From Lacticaseibacillus nasuensis JCM 17158 (GTDB lineage Bacteria; Bacillota; Bacilli; Lactobacillales; Lactobacillaceae), in the NCBI RefSeq assembly GCF_001434705.1, contig NZ_AZDJ01000013.1:140542-204541 (forward strand): a DNA stretch of 64,000 bases, given 5' to 3'. The notes beneath the pieces are model-generated. The model was not told the origin of the DNA. It ran no database searches and worked only from the letters and a program-made list of their open reading frames with translations. The translations under genes were made by a program, and so were the position numbers. Positions 53,218-63,011 of the stretch are shown piece after piece (position 1 is the first letter of the stretch; every line of letters starts with the position of its first letter).

Positions 53218-55104
53218 TTACCAGATATGAATTCGCTTATCAGGTGCTAGGTACATGCCATCAGTCGGCTGGACGTTAAACGCGGTGTACCATTCGTCGA
53301 GATTGCGCGGTTGAATATTCGCGCGTAGTGGGTGCGGCGCGTGCACGTCGGTGGCGAGCAGGAGTTGCTGACGTTCAATCCGCGTCTTTTGGCCCCAGAT
53401 GCGAGCCCAACTGCGGAAGAAGGCCTGCATGTCGGGATGCTCGAGGTGCATCGCGGTATCCGCCGCGGCAGCCAAGCCACCGGCATCGGCAATGTTTTCA
53501 GACACCACAAGGCGGCCGTTCACCTTGCCGGCTTCGGTTTCCAGGCCGTCAAACTGGTCAATCATGGCGTTGGTCAATGCCTTGAAGTGTGCGTAGTCCG
53601 CATCGGTCCACCAGTTCACCATGTTGCCGTGCTCATCAAATTGGGCCCCGTTATTGTCAAACCCGTGGGAAATTTCGTGGGCGATCACGGCACCAATGCC
53701 GCCAAAGTTTTGACTCGGCGTATGCTCGAGTGAATAAAATGGTGCTTGAAGAATCGCCGCCGGAAACGTGATGTCATTCCAACTGCTGCGGTAGCAGGCG
53801 TTGACTAAGTGCCCTGGCATTGCCCAGACGGTGCGGTCGACGGGACTGTCCAATTGCCGGAGCTGATAAGCCTGTTTGAAACTGGCCAAGTTGCGGGCGT
53901 TGGTCCAAAGATCCAGACTCGGGTCGACGGTCAGCTCACTGTACATCGGGTGTGGGGCGTCTGGATAACCCATGCGCAGGCCCATCGTATCAAGCTTGGT
54001 GACGGCTTTTTCCTTTGTTGGTGCGGACAGCCAGTCGGAGTTGCGAATCCGGCGTTTGTAGGTCGCAATCATTTGCTTGACCAGATCGATGACGTTGGCC
54101 TTTGCCGCTTCACCGAAATATTTGCGACCGTAGTAGACCCCAATCGGTTCGGCAAAATCGAGGTTGGTAAGCTCATAAGCCTGGGTCGGCTGATCTACTG
54201 GCTCGGGATTGCCGGCTCGGGCTTCGTCATAGGCATCACCCGTTTGACGTAGCGAATCGCTTAAATATGGGGCGGCGGCAATCAAGCCTTGAACGTAGGC
54301 CCAGTGAAGATACTCGGGATAGTTATGGGCATTGAAAATCTCGGTAAAGCTGGCCAACCAAGCCGGGTCGGCGACAATGACACGATCAGGAATACTTGGC
54401 AACATGGCTTTAGCAAAAGCAGTAAAGTCAAAATCACCGAACTGCTCGGCGACGTCAGCCATGTTTTGCGGATTGTAGGATTTCACGCGGTCGGCCCACT
54501 GCACGCGGGTCTTGACGTGATGTGCCACCCGGTTGTCGAAGGCCAAGGCGTCAACCACGTACTGGGTCTGAGCGTGCTCTGGCAGATCGGTTGCTGCTAA
54601 AAGCGCCTTTGCCATGTCGGTCCAAGTCGCCATCAGTTTATCGCCGCGGGCCTCACCGTAATAGGTCGGATCTGGCAAAATTGGGCTTGGGCCCGCAATC
54701 CGCACGACGTTATGTGTCGTATCCTTCATGTCCGGTGTCACGCTCAGCGAAAATGGCATAGCAAACTGTGCCTGCGCTAAGCTTGCCGCGTGCGTGTTGA
54801 AATCGGCGACCGTCGGCACGGCCGCTAGTTGCGCCAACCAAGTCGTGGCCGGGGTGACGCCGGCAGCATCACGCGACGCGAAATCAGCAGCAAGGCGATA
54901 AAACGTCAGCGCCGTGGCCAATTCCGGAAACGGAACGCTGGCCTCCCCTGCTGCCATTTGGCTAAGGTCGCGCTTCATTTTTTCTTCAACGCCATCGCGT
55001 AATTCGGCAAAACCACCAGCGGCAGCTTTGTCTGCTGGAATTTCGGTTTTGCTCAGCCATTCGCCGTTTACCGCTTCGTATAAATCATCTTGTTCACGCG
55101 TCAT
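53218..55104 (-). CDS. pepO: M13-family neutral endopeptidase PepO
   Basis: RBS gaaaggaag; zinc motif VIAHEISHGFD and downstream E; 628 aa. Confidence 0.9.
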   Translation of the reverse strand: MTREQDDLYEAVNGEWLSKTEIPADKAAAGGFAELRDGVEEKMKRDLSQMAAGEASVPFPELATALTFYRLAADFASRDAAGVTPATTWLAQLAAVPTVADFNTHAASLAQAQFAMPFSLSVTPDMKDTTHNVVRIAGPSPILPDPTYYGEARGDKLMATWTDMAKALLAATDLPEHAQTQYVVDALAFDNRVAHHVKTRVQWADRVKSYNPQNMADVAEQFGDFDFTAFAKAMLPSIPDRVIVADPAWLASFTEIFNAHNYPEYLHWAYVQGLIAAAPYLSDSLRQTGDAYDEARAGNPEPVDQPTQAYELTNLDFAEPIGVYYGRKYFGEAAKANVIDLVKQMIATYKRRIRNSDWLSAPTKEKAVTKLDTMGLRMGYPDAPHPMYSELTVDPSLDLWTNARNLASFKQAYQLRQLDSPVDRTVWAMPGHLVNACYRSSWNDITFPAAILQAPFYSLEHTPSQNFGGIGAVIAHEISHGFDNNGAQFDEHGNMVNWWTDADYAHFKALTNAMIDQFDGLETEAGKVNGRLVVSENIADAGGLAAAADTAMHLEHPDMQAFFRSWARIWGQKTRIERQQLLLATDVHAPHPLRANIQPRNLDEWYTAFNVQPTDGMYLAPDKRIHIW

Positions 55105-55123
55105 AAAATGCTTCCTTTCTGTG

Positions 55124-55150
55124 AATGAAAACACCCGCCGCGGCGAGTGT
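55124..55150 (-). terminator. terminator (minus) after second pepO
   Basis: Minus strand ACACTCGCCG-CGGCGGGTGT then TTTTCATTC. Confidence 0.55.
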
Positions 55151-55159
55151 TATTCTCGG

Positions 55160-57055
55160 TTACCAAATGTGAACGCGCTTGGCTGGTTCGAGGTACATGC
55201 CGTCGCCAGGTTGCACGTCGAAGGTCTCGTACCACGCATCGAGGTTGCGTGGCTGAATGTTGGCCCGCAACTTGGCCGGCGCGTGCACGTCGATGGCCAG
55301 CATGAATTGCTGGAATTCGACGCGCGCCTTTTGCCGCCAGATACGTGCCCAGTTCATGAAGAAGGCACGCAGATCAGCGTCAGGCAGATTTTGCGCGGTT
55401 TCCAAGGCCGCGGCCAGCCCGCCGGCATCAGCAATGTTTTCGGAGACGATTAACTTGCCGTTGACTTTTCCGCCTTCGGTTTCCAAACCATCGAATTCGT
55501 CAATCATCTGTTGCGTCTTCGTCTTAAATTGAGCATAGTCGGCATCTGTCCACCAATTGCTGAGGTTACCGAATTCGTCGAATTGGGCCCCGTTGTTGTC
55601 GAATCCATGGGAGATTTCGTGGGCAATCACAGCACCGATTCCGCCGAGGTTCTCGCTGGCCGTTTGCTTCAACGCATAAAACGGTGCCTGCAAAATTGCC
55701 GCCGGGAAGGTGATATCATTGCGGCTTGGATCGTAGCAGGCGTTCACCAAATGTCCTGGCATTGCCCACTCATTGCGGTTCACCGGCTTGGTCAACTTAG
55801 CGAGATTGTCGGCGTGGCGAACCTGAGCAAGTTTGGTGACTGCCGTTAACAAGTCGTCGGCAGGCGCAACCGACAGCTTTGCATAAACAGGATCGGCAGC
55901 ATCCGGGTAACCCATTTTCAGTACCATCGTGTCGAGCTTAGTAATGGCTTTAGTCTTGGTTGCATCGCTCAACCAAGAGTTACCTAGACGACGCTTGTAA
56001 GTGGCAATCATTTTCTCGACGAGGCTGGTGACGTCTGCCTTGGCAGCTTCACCAAAGTAGGTGCGGCCATAGTAAATGCCGACAGGTTCGCTGAAAAACT
56101 GATTGGCCAGGCGGTAAGCGTGCTTTGCTTGACTTGGCGCCTCGGGAGAACCGGACAAGGCCCGGCCGTACGTGCCACCGAGGATGCGCAAGTCATTACT
56201 GAGGTAACCCGTATTGCTGAGTAATTCTGTGACATAGGCCCAGTGTTGATAGCGCGAGTAGGTCTCGGCACTAAACAACTGCGTAAACTCAGCCAAGAAG
56301 CGCGGATCGGCAACAATCACCGGATCTGGCTTGGCCGGGAAGACGGTCGCCGCAAAGTCTGTGAAGTCGAAGTCACCAAACTGTTTCGCCACTTCAGCAA
56401 AGCTTTGTGGGTTGTAAGCCTTCGGATAATCGGCCCACTCTTCGTTACTCTTGACGTGCTTGGCCAATTCATTGTCAAACGCTTCGGCGTCGGCAACATA
56501 CGTGGCTTGATCGGCAGCGTTTAAGTCTGTTTGGGCTAAGACCTTAGTCGCCATGTCGTGCCAGACTTGACGGAGCTTTGTCGCCTGCGCGTTCCCATCA
56601 GCATAATAAGTCGTATCGGGCAGAATCAGACTTGGTCCACTCAATGTCACCGCGTTTTGCTTCGTGTTCTTCATGTCCGGGTCAACGGAAAAAGTGAACG
56701 GCAATGGGAATAATTCATTGCTTAAGGACGCGGCAGATTCATTGAAACTGGTAAAATCTGCGACTGCCTGCAAGGCGCTCAACCGGTTCAAGACTGGCTG
56801 AATCCCCGCCGCGTCACGAGTAGCCCAATCGCTAGCTTTTTGGTATAAGGCAACGGCTTGGCCAAATTCGGCATCTGGCGCAGGCTTTGTTCCCGCTGCC
56901 ACCGCGGCAAAGTCCGCCATCAGCTTTTTCTCGACGTCATCGGCAAGATCATTGAACCCGCCGGTGCGTGACTGATCAGCCGGAATCACCGCGGTTTCTT
57001 GCCATTCGCCGTTAACGGCTTGGTACAAATCATCTTGATAGCGTGCATTTGCCAT
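55160..57055 (-). CDS. M13-family neutral endopeptidase (PepO paralog)
   Basis: RBS ggagggtg; VIAHEISHGFD; ~50% aa identity to the adjacent pepO by eye; 3' ends ~70% identical at nt level. Confidence 0.9.
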   Translation of the reverse strand: MANARYQDDLYQAVNGEWQETAVIPADQSRTGGFNDLADDVEKKLMADFAAVAAGTKPAPDAEFGQAVALYQKASDWATRDAAGIQPVLNRLSALQAVADFTSFNESAASLSNELFPLPFTFSVDPDMKNTKQNAVTLSGPSLILPDTTYYADGNAQATKLRQVWHDMATKVLAQTDLNAADQATYVADAEAFDNELAKHVKSNEEWADYPKAYNPQSFAEVAKQFGDFDFTDFAATVFPAKPDPVIVADPRFLAEFTQLFSAETYSRYQHWAYVTELLSNTGYLSNDLRILGGTYGRALSGSPEAPSQAKHAYRLANQFFSEPVGIYYGRTYFGEAAKADVTSLVEKMIATYKRRLGNSWLSDATKTKAITKLDTMVLKMGYPDAADPVYAKLSVAPADDLLTAVTKLAQVRHADNLAKLTKPVNRNEWAMPGHLVNACYDPSRNDITFPAAILQAPFYALKQTASENLGGIGAVIAHEISHGFDNNGAQFDEFGNLSNWWTDADYAQFKTKTQQMIDEFDGLETEGGKVNGKLIVSENIADAGGLAAALETAQNLPDADLRAFFMNWARIWRQKARVEFQQFMLAIDVHAPAKLRANIQPRNLDAWYETFDVQPGDGMYLEPAKRVHIW

Positions 57056-57213
57056 CTTGTCACCCTCCAATTAAAATCTAATCTTAATCTCATACAAATG
57101 ATAGTATAGCGTACTTCACCCTAAAATGGGATGCTTTTCCGGAATTCCAGGTAAAAATGCCATTGGCCCAACTTCAAATCTATGTGACAATGAAGTTCGT
57201 GAAAGGAGTTCAT

Positions 57214-58389
57214 ATGTCCCCTGTTGTCCGCCGCACCGTCGGCATCTTAATCTTTAGCGAGTTTCTCATCTGCCTTGGCATGAGCCTGATTTTCCCGGTG
57301 ATGCCGTTCATTAAGAATTCATTGCACCTCAGCGCCACCGATATCGGTGTGATGTCATCGCTGTATGCTTTAACGCAATTTGTGGCGTCGCCATTCATCG
57401 GCCGGTGGTCGGACCGCATCGGCCGTAAACCGATCTTAGTGGCGGGGTTAGCCCTGTTTGCAGCGTCTGATGTGCTTTTTGCGTTAACCAATCACCTCTA
57501 CATGTTTGATTTGTCCCGCATCATTGGCGGATTGTCGGCGGGCATGTTTGTGCCGACTGCTCAAGCACTAGCCGCCGACGTCACGGATGTCCGGCAACGG
57601 GCCAAAGTGATTGGCTGGCTTTCTGCGAGTTTTTCCGGTGGGCTGATTCTTGGCCCTGGACTGGGCGGGCTGCTGGCAGGGTTTGGCTTTAAGGTGCCAT
57701 TTTGGGTAGCTGCCGGACTAGGACTATGCGGATTAGTCGCGACCATTGGTTGGCTACCGGATGACCGCCAGCACACACACGCAACCGCTGTGGTTCAACC
57801 CGATTTGCAAGCTAGCGATTGGCGACGCGTGCTGGGCGGACCCATGACCATGTTGTTCGTCTTGATTCTTGTGTCGAGTTTTGGTCTTCAAGGGTTTGAA
57901 AGTATCTACTCGATTTTTGTCAATGAAGTCTTCGCCTTTACACTGCAAGACATCGCTTTGGTTTTGACACTCAACGGCATCATTTCTCTAATTGCACAGG
58001 TTCTGTTCTTCGATCACCTGGTGGCGTGGCTCGGGGAAGTGCGCGTCACGCGCTATGCGTTTTTATTTAGTGCCATTGCCGTCTTAGAAATTTTATTCAC
58101 GCACAGCAAGCCGGTAGTGATGGTGGCCACGTTGGTTGCGTTCACCGCTTTTGACCTCTTGCGTCCGGCTATCACGACATTGCTAACGAAGCAAAGTGTC
58201 AACAACCAAGGGGTGATCAATCGTTTGAACATGTCGCTCACTAGTATTGGTAATATTTTGGGTCCCTTAGTGTCGAGCGCTTTGCTGGATTGGCATTATC
58301 AGGTACCCTACACCGTGGTTGTGGTGTTCTTGGCGGCATCTTACCTGCTCACCTTCACCGTGCACTTAGGGACGAAAAAAAGCGCCTAG
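57214..58389 (+). CDS. MFS transporter (12 TM, drug-efflux-like)
   Basis: RBS aaaggag; MFS motif A GRWSDRIGRKP; 391 aa. Confidence 0.85.
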   Translation: MSPVVRRTVGILIFSEFLICLGMSLIFPVMPFIKNSLHLSATDIGVMSSLYALTQFVASPFIGRWSDRIGRKPILVAGLALFAASDVLFALTNHLYMFDLSRIIGGLSAGMFVPTAQALAADVTDVRQRAKVIGWLSASFSGGLILGPGLGGLLAGFGFKVPFWVAAGLGLCGLVATIGWLPDDRQHTHATAVVQPDLQASDWRRVLGGPMTMLFVLILVSSFGLQGFESIYSIFVNEVFAFTLQDIALVLTLNGIISLIAQVLFFDHLVAWLGEVRVTRYAFLFSAIAVLEILFTHSKPVVMVATLVAFTAFDLLRPAITTLLTKQSVNNQGVINRLNMSLTSIGNILGPLVSSALLDWHYQVPYTVVVVFLAASYLLTFTVHLGTKKSA

Positions 58390-58400
58390 GCGCTTATTCA
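58375..58400. terminator. bidirectional terminator overlapping convergent stops of MFS (+) and oxidoreductase (-)
   Basis: AGCGCC-tag-GCGCT flanked by A-run / T-run. Confidence 0.55.
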
Positions 58401-59038
58401 TCGTCCACGACGGTAAACCGTTGGCGAACGAAGTGTGGGGTTTCGAATTCTGCAATCAAAGCTGCGGCAAGATTTCCCGTGGTGACGGTAGATTGGCCGG
58501 CCGCGTTGGTCATGATTTCATCTTTGCCCACCCGATACCGCGTTTTTGGCCCTGGCACAAAGTTAAACTGTGGTGATACGGCAACCCAGTTCACGTTCTC
58601 CGTCCAAGTTAAAAACGTATATTCATGGGCCTGCTGAATTGGCGTGGCGACCCAAGCTGCGCCGGCATTCTTGGCTAGCACATCAGCGAGGACGAGTGAA
58701 CCGTCTGCCTGGCGAAGGGAACTCGCGCCGAGAATGAACGCGAGGCGCGGCGACTCCGTATTCCGGTACAACCCGACGAGCCGCGCGGCGAGATCCAAGT
58801 GCTGGGTGGCCTCCTGGCGCGTGGCAAAGGCATCGACGATCACGTCGCACCCGTCAAAATCTGCCGGGGATACGGCCAAGGCATCCGTTTGCCGGATGGT
58901 CACTTGGTTAGCAAACAGCTGCTGCGCTTTTTTAGCATTGCGGACCACTGCCACGACCTGGTGGCCGCGAGCCAGCGCTTCGGCCACGATGGCGCTCCCG
59001 GCACGGCCGGTGGCCCCAATCACTGCAATCTTCATCAT
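58394..59038 (-). CDS. NAD(P)H-binding (NmrA/SDR-like) oxidoreductase
   Basis: MMKIAVIGATGRAGSAIVAEALARGHQVVAVVR Rossmann GxxGxxG. Confidence 0.8.
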   Translation of the reverse strand: MMKIAVIGATGRAGSAIVAEALARGHQVVAVVRNAKKAQQLFANQVTIRQTDALAVSPADFDGCDVIVDAFATRQEATQHLDLAARLVGLYRNTESPRLAFILGASSLRQADGSLVLADVLAKNAGAAWVATPIQQAHEYTFLTWTENVNWVAVSPQFNFVPGPKTRYRVGKDEIMTNAAGQSTVTTGNLAAALIAEFETPHFVRQRFTVVDDE

Positions 59039-59087
59039 GTCACTTCCTTTTTGGTAACAAGTTTAGCATAGCATTGAAAATCCGCGG

Positions 59088-59125
59088 TAAAAAAATCGGC
59101 GAGTCTGTATTAGCGACTCGCCGAT
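59088..59125 (-). terminator. rho-independent terminator after floA (minus)
   Basis: Minus strand ATCGGCGAGTC-gctaataca-GACTCGCCGAT + TTTTTTT. Confidence 0.7.
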
Positions 59126-59130
59126 TTGCG

Positions 59131-60636
59131 TTATTCAGCTTTTGGTGCTGGCTTGGCCTTGGTTTGAGGTTTACCAGCAGCTACGGCGGCGGCAACCGGT
59201 GCGGTGCCAGCCTTGGTGGAAATGGTGGAATTGATCACCTGCTCAATATCGATGCCAGTCATTTGGTGAATCATTTGCAACTGACGCGTCATGTTCTCGA
59301 CGGATTGGCCGGTGACATCACCTTGCCCATACAACGTGACGTGATCCACGTTCTTGTATGCATCGGCGTTGGCGGCGAAGAGTTGTGGCAGCACATCCAG
59401 AACCATTTGCAGTTTCCCAGATTCATTCATCTTCGCTAACGCGGCAGCCTTTTTCTCGGTGGCTTCGGCCTCGGCTAACCCGATGGCGCGCGTTTTAGCG
59501 GCGGCGGCGTTACCGGTCAGCTCTGTGGCCTTCGCGTCGGCTTCCCCTTGGACTTCAACTTGATGGGCTTGCGCCTCGGCGGCAACGCGCACCTGCTCGG
59601 CACGCGCACCGGCCTCAAGCTTAACCTGTTCGGCCTCGGCTTGGGCCTTAGCAATGGCTGCTGCCTTGTTAGCGGCGGCTTCTTGTTCAGCCTGGTAACG
59701 GGAGGCGTCGGCTTGCTTGCGGACCGTAGCGTTTAAGGTCATTTCCTGCAAATCGGCGTCTTTTTGGGCCAGTTCGATGTCTTTTTCCTTTTGGACCTGT
59801 TTAGCCTTCATCTGTTCGGCAATGGAGGCCTGGTCCGCTTGAGCCTTAGCAATTTGTTGCTCTTTTTCGAATTCGGCCACTTGAACAGCTTGGGCACGCT
59901 TAGAATCAGCGACTTGTGTTTGTCGCTTGATTTCTTCTTCTTGCGCCAGTTGGTCCGCTTCGGCCTGCTTGATCCGCCGTTCCTTGTCGGCCTCGGCTTC
60001 AGCAATGGCAGCGTCCTTTTTAACTTCAGCAATTTGTTTTTTACCGAGGCTATCGAGGTAGCCGTTGCTGTCAGTGATGTCCTTAATGGTAAAGCTGACG
60101 ATTTCTAGGCCCATCTTGGCCAAGTCGGAGCTGGCGACTTCTTGGACCTTTTCCGCAAAGACTTCTCGGTTTTGGTAGGTGTCCTCGACGGTTAAGGTGC
60201 CCAAAATGGCCCGCAAGTGACCTTCCAAGATTTCGGTGGCCTCACCATTGATCTGGTCGTCGTCCTTGCCCAGAAATTGCTCGGCAGCCGTGGCGATTTC
60301 CTCTAGCGATGAACCGATTTTTAAGATGACGGTGCCGTCCACTTTAATTGGGACGCCCGCCTTGGTATAAACTTCCGGCGTGGCCACCTCGATGGTCCGT
60401 GTGTTCAGGGACAAGGCATCCCAGCGCTGAACGATCGGCAAAATGAACGCCCCGCCGTTGGTAATCAGCTTGACCTTGTTGCCATTGGTATCCTGGTAAG
60501 AATGCTTGCCGGAAATCATCGCCCCCGAAATAATCAGAACCTCGTTTGGTAGCGCCGTTTTACGATGCGTTACGAGGAAGGCGAAGAATAAGATAATCAA
60601 TACGGCGATGACCGCCGCCCAAATCAATGAAGCCAT
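59131..60636 (-). CDS. floA: flotillin-like protein FloA/YqiK (SPFH domain, long coiled-coil)
   Basis: N-terminal TM MASLIWAAVIAVLIILFFAFLV; SPFH/band-7 domain; extended E/A/Q/K-rich coiled coil; ~501 aa. Confidence 0.85.
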   Translation of the reverse strand: MASLIWAAVIAVLIILFFAFLVTHRKTALPNEVLIISGAMISGKHSYQDTNGNKVKLITNGGAFILPIVQRWDALSLNTRTIEVATPEVYTKAGVPIKVDGTVILKIGSSLEEIATAAEQFLGKDDDQINGEATEILEGHLRAILGTLTVEDTYQNREVFAEKVQEVASSDLAKMGLEIVSFTIKDITDSNGYLDSLGKKQIAEVKKDAAIAEAEADKERRIKQAEADQLAQEEEIKRQTQVADSKRAQAVQVAEFEKEQQIAKAQADQASIAEQMKAKQVQKEKDIELAQKDADLQEMTLNATVRKQADASRYQAEQEAAANKAAAIAKAQAEAEQVKLEAGARAEQVRVAAEAQAHQVEVQGEADAKATELTGNAAAAKTRAIGLAEAEATEKKAAALAKMNESGKLQMVLDVLPQLFAANADAYKNVDHVTLYGQGDVTGQSVENMTRQLQMIHQMTGIDIEQVINSTISTKAGTAPVAAAVAAGKPQTKAKPAPKAE

Positions 60637-60649
60637 TGTCCCACATCCT

Positions 60650-61041
60650 TTACTTTGTTGTTGGCGGTAATTGTTTTGCCGCCTGGACATATGCAACGCC
60701 TTGCCGCACGGCGACGACAACGACTGCCGTGCCCTGCGGTAACGCGACCCCGGCATCGTAGCTGCGGGCGGCGTAAGTTTGCCGCGCGCGGCCGTTACCA
60801 GTAATCATGACCTCGCCCACCCCGTCTGCCGGAATGCGCAAGGTTAACTCCCCCAATAAATAATCATCGGCGCTTTCGGTCGTACTGTTTTCTGCCCGGG
60901 AGAACAGTCGCGATAACAGTGCTAACACCGGCAACCCAACCAGCGAGAACACGGCAAAGACCAAAACGCCAATGACGATTAGGCCAAGGAGGCCCAATAA
61001 GCTGGCCAGCCACCAGGGCTGACTGGTGAACCATGTCCACA
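60650..61041 (-). CDS. nfeD: NfeD-like membrane protein (short form, C-terminal OB-fold)
   Basis: RBS aaggagg; MWTWFTSQPWWLASLLGLLGLIVIG... TM helices then beta-rich GELTLRIPADGVGEVMITGNG...; immediately upstream of floA. A 1-nt ambiguity in local indexing was noticed near 61020-61080. Confidence 0.75.
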
Positions 61042-61053
61042 TCACGATCCTCC

Positions 61054-61389
61054 TTAGCCGCGCAAGAAGCGCCACAACAGCCAGACGACGAATAGAACGA
61101 GCCACCAATTCAGTTTGATCCCGGAGCCGGCACCGCGCTTTGGTTCAGTTACCCGCTGCGGCTGAGGAGCACGCCGCTTGGCTGGTTGCGGTTGTTGGCG
61201 GCTTGGCGATTCATTTCTTTTCGCCGGCTTTTCCCGACCCAAATGCCCAGAACGCGGTGACTGTGCTTGGCTGGCGCCTTGCGCAGCTTGCGGCCCAGTT
61301 TGGTGAGCGGGCCGACCAACTCGGCGCTGGTTCAAGCTGAGGCTGCTGTGATGATGGGGCATCAGCTGACTGCCTTGTGAATCCCACAT
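61054..61389 (-). CDS. low-complexity basic (R/Q/P/A-rich) protein with C-terminal TM anchor, ~111 aa (hypothetical)
   Basis: RBS gggaaagggg 8 nt before ATG61389. Fills the 400-bp gap between nif3 and nfeD. C-terminus IKLNWWLVLFVVWLLWRFLRG is hydrophobic. Composition could also arise from GC bias. Confidence 0.4.
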   Translation of the reverse strand: MWDSQGSQLMPHHHSSLSLNQRRVGRPAHQTGPQAAQGASQAQSPRSGHLGREKPAKRNESPSRQQPQPAKRRAPQPQRVTEPKRGAGSGIKLNWWLVLFVVWLLWRFLRG

Positions 61390-61449
61390 AACTGCAACCC
61401 CTTTCCCGATTGAGGCAAATATACCCGTGTCTACGGCACAGGTCAATGA

Positions 61450-62247
61450 TTACCGAAAAGTGAACGGATCGGTGTTCAGTGCAGAGGCAAGAATTTGCAC
61501 GGCCCAATCGTTTTCCTGTGCCCAGCTCATCAGCTTGCTGCGTACGGCTTGTTTCATGACGTGTTCAATGTGATGACCAGCGTCGATGACAGGTAAATCG
61601 CCGGCCAGCATGTCATGCCCGGTATGATAGGTGACGTCTCCTGTGAGATAGACGTCTGCCCCAGCGGCTAATGCGTCAGGCCACCATTCACTGCCGCTCC
61701 CGCCAAGGACCGCGACCGTGCGTACCGGTCGCTGCAAATCGCGGGCAATCACCCGCACCCCGTTCAACTCAAGTTGCTGTTTGACTTGGTCAATAAATGT
61801 CGCCAGTGACATTGTGGTCGGCAGTTGCCCAATGCGTCCCATGTTGGTGCCCTCACCATCCGCGATAAAGGGCTGAACGTCTGCGAGCCCCAAGGTTGTC
61901 GCCAATACATCGTTCATCCCGCCGCTAGCTCGATCATAATTCGTGTGTGCCGCGTAAACTAGGATGTTCTGACGAATCAGCTCGGCGTACAACGCATGTT
62001 GCGGGTCTGCATAGTTAAGGTTTTTCGCCGGATGAAAAACCACAGGATGATGCGCAAAAATCATATCCGCATGTAACGCGACAGCCTCTTCCACCACGGC
62101 CGGTCGTACATCTAAGGTGACCAACACGGTGTGGATCACGCGATTACCGTCCCCGATTTGAATCCCGATGGGGTCGTGAGGGATGGCCAGGCTTGGCGGG
62201 GCAAATTGTTCAAAAGCGGCAATTAAGTCATTCCCGGTGATTTGCAT
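61450..62247 (-). CDS. Nif3-like dinuclear metal centre protein (YqfO family)
   Basis: RBS ggaggaag; MQITGNDLIAAFEQFAPP...IGIQIGDGN...; overlaps trmK stop. Confidence 0.85.
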   Translation of the reverse strand: MQITGNDLIAAFEQFAPPSLAIPHDPIGIQIGDGNRVIHTVLVTLDVRPAVVEEAVALHADMIFAHHPVVFHPAKNLNYADPQHALYAELIRQNILVYAAHTNYDRASGGMNDVLATTLGLADVQPFIADGEGTNMGRIGQLPTTMSLATFIDQVKQQLELNGVRVIARDLQRPVRTVAVLGGSGSEWWPDALAAGADVYLTGDVTYHTGHDMLAGDLPVIDAGHHIEHVMKQAVRSKLMSWAQENDWAVQILASALNTDPFTFR

Positions 62248-62926
62248 GAGCTTCCTCCATGATGGCCAAATCTGTTTGAGCTTCAACAAGCTTTTGGTGG
62301 TCGAGCTGGTGTGCCTGCTGCAACCCGGCGATTACTTTCTTCGTGGCGTTGATGCGCCGTGCCAGTTCCTGTTGAAATAAGGCCCCTCCTCGCTGCTTTA
62401 AGATTGGGCCGAGAATCAAGTCTGCCCGCGTATATGGTACAGCTGGTGCCGTCTGGCCGGCGACCATGATGGGATAAACATGCCCCTCGTCTGCAACGAG
62501 GGCTTCATCTAGGATGCCGAATTCATGCTCAGCCAACCACTGACGGACTAACTCTGGGTCGCGGTGCGGGGCTAAAATCAGCGTTTCGGTGCCATCCAGC
62601 GCTTGTCGGCCTGCGCTCAACAGGTGACACATCAACTCGCCGCCGAGGCCAGCGATGACAACGGTAGCAATCGCGTCTTCTGGTTTCAAGCTAGCGAGTC
62701 CATCGGCTTGCCGAACAGCAATCTGATCGCTGAGGCCAGCGGCGGCGACGTTGCGACTGGCGATGGCGACTGGCCCAGCGCCGATATCGCTGGCAACGGC
62801 GAACGGCACGGTGCCAGCCTGCACTAAAGCAATTGGCAAAAAGGCGTGATCCGTTCCGATATCAGCGAGGCGTTCGCCAGGCTGAACGAACGCTGCGATA
62901 GCGGCTAAACGTTTTGATAATTGCAT
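62228..62926 (-). CDS. trmK: tRNA (adenine22-N1)-methyltransferase TrmK
   Basis: RBS aaaggag; MQLSKRLAAIAAFVQPGERLADIGTDHAFLPIALV; trmK-nif3 pairing conserved in Firmicutes. Confidence 0.85.
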   Translation of the reverse strand: MQLSKRLAAIAAFVQPGERLADIGTDHAFLPIALVQAGTVPFAVASDIGAGPVAIASRNVAAAGLSDQIAVRQADGLASLKPEDAIATVVIAGLGGELMCHLLSAGRQALDGTETLILAPHRDPELVRQWLAEHEFGILDEALVADEGHVYPIMVAGQTAPAVPYTRADLILGPILKQRGGALFQQELARRINATKKVIAGLQQAHQLDHQKLVEAQTDLAIMEEAHANHRE

Positions 62927-62979
62927 GGGTTGCTCCTTTGTTTGTTCTATGGTTATCTTACCATACCAAGAGACGACAA

Positions 62980-63007
62980 CCGGCAGCCATCAACCGATGG
63001 CTGCCGG
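62980..63007 (-). terminator. hairpin terminator (minus) after hypothetical gene
   Basis: CCGGCAGCCAT-caaccg-ATGGCTGCCGG; weak T tract on minus strand. Confidence 0.45.
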
Positions 63008-63011
63008 CTAC

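Noticed and set aside
61140-61507. ORFs 61140-61340 (+) and 61211-61507 (-) overlapping the small tail-anchored ORF
   Set aside because: No RBS; alternative frames of the same GC-rich stretch.
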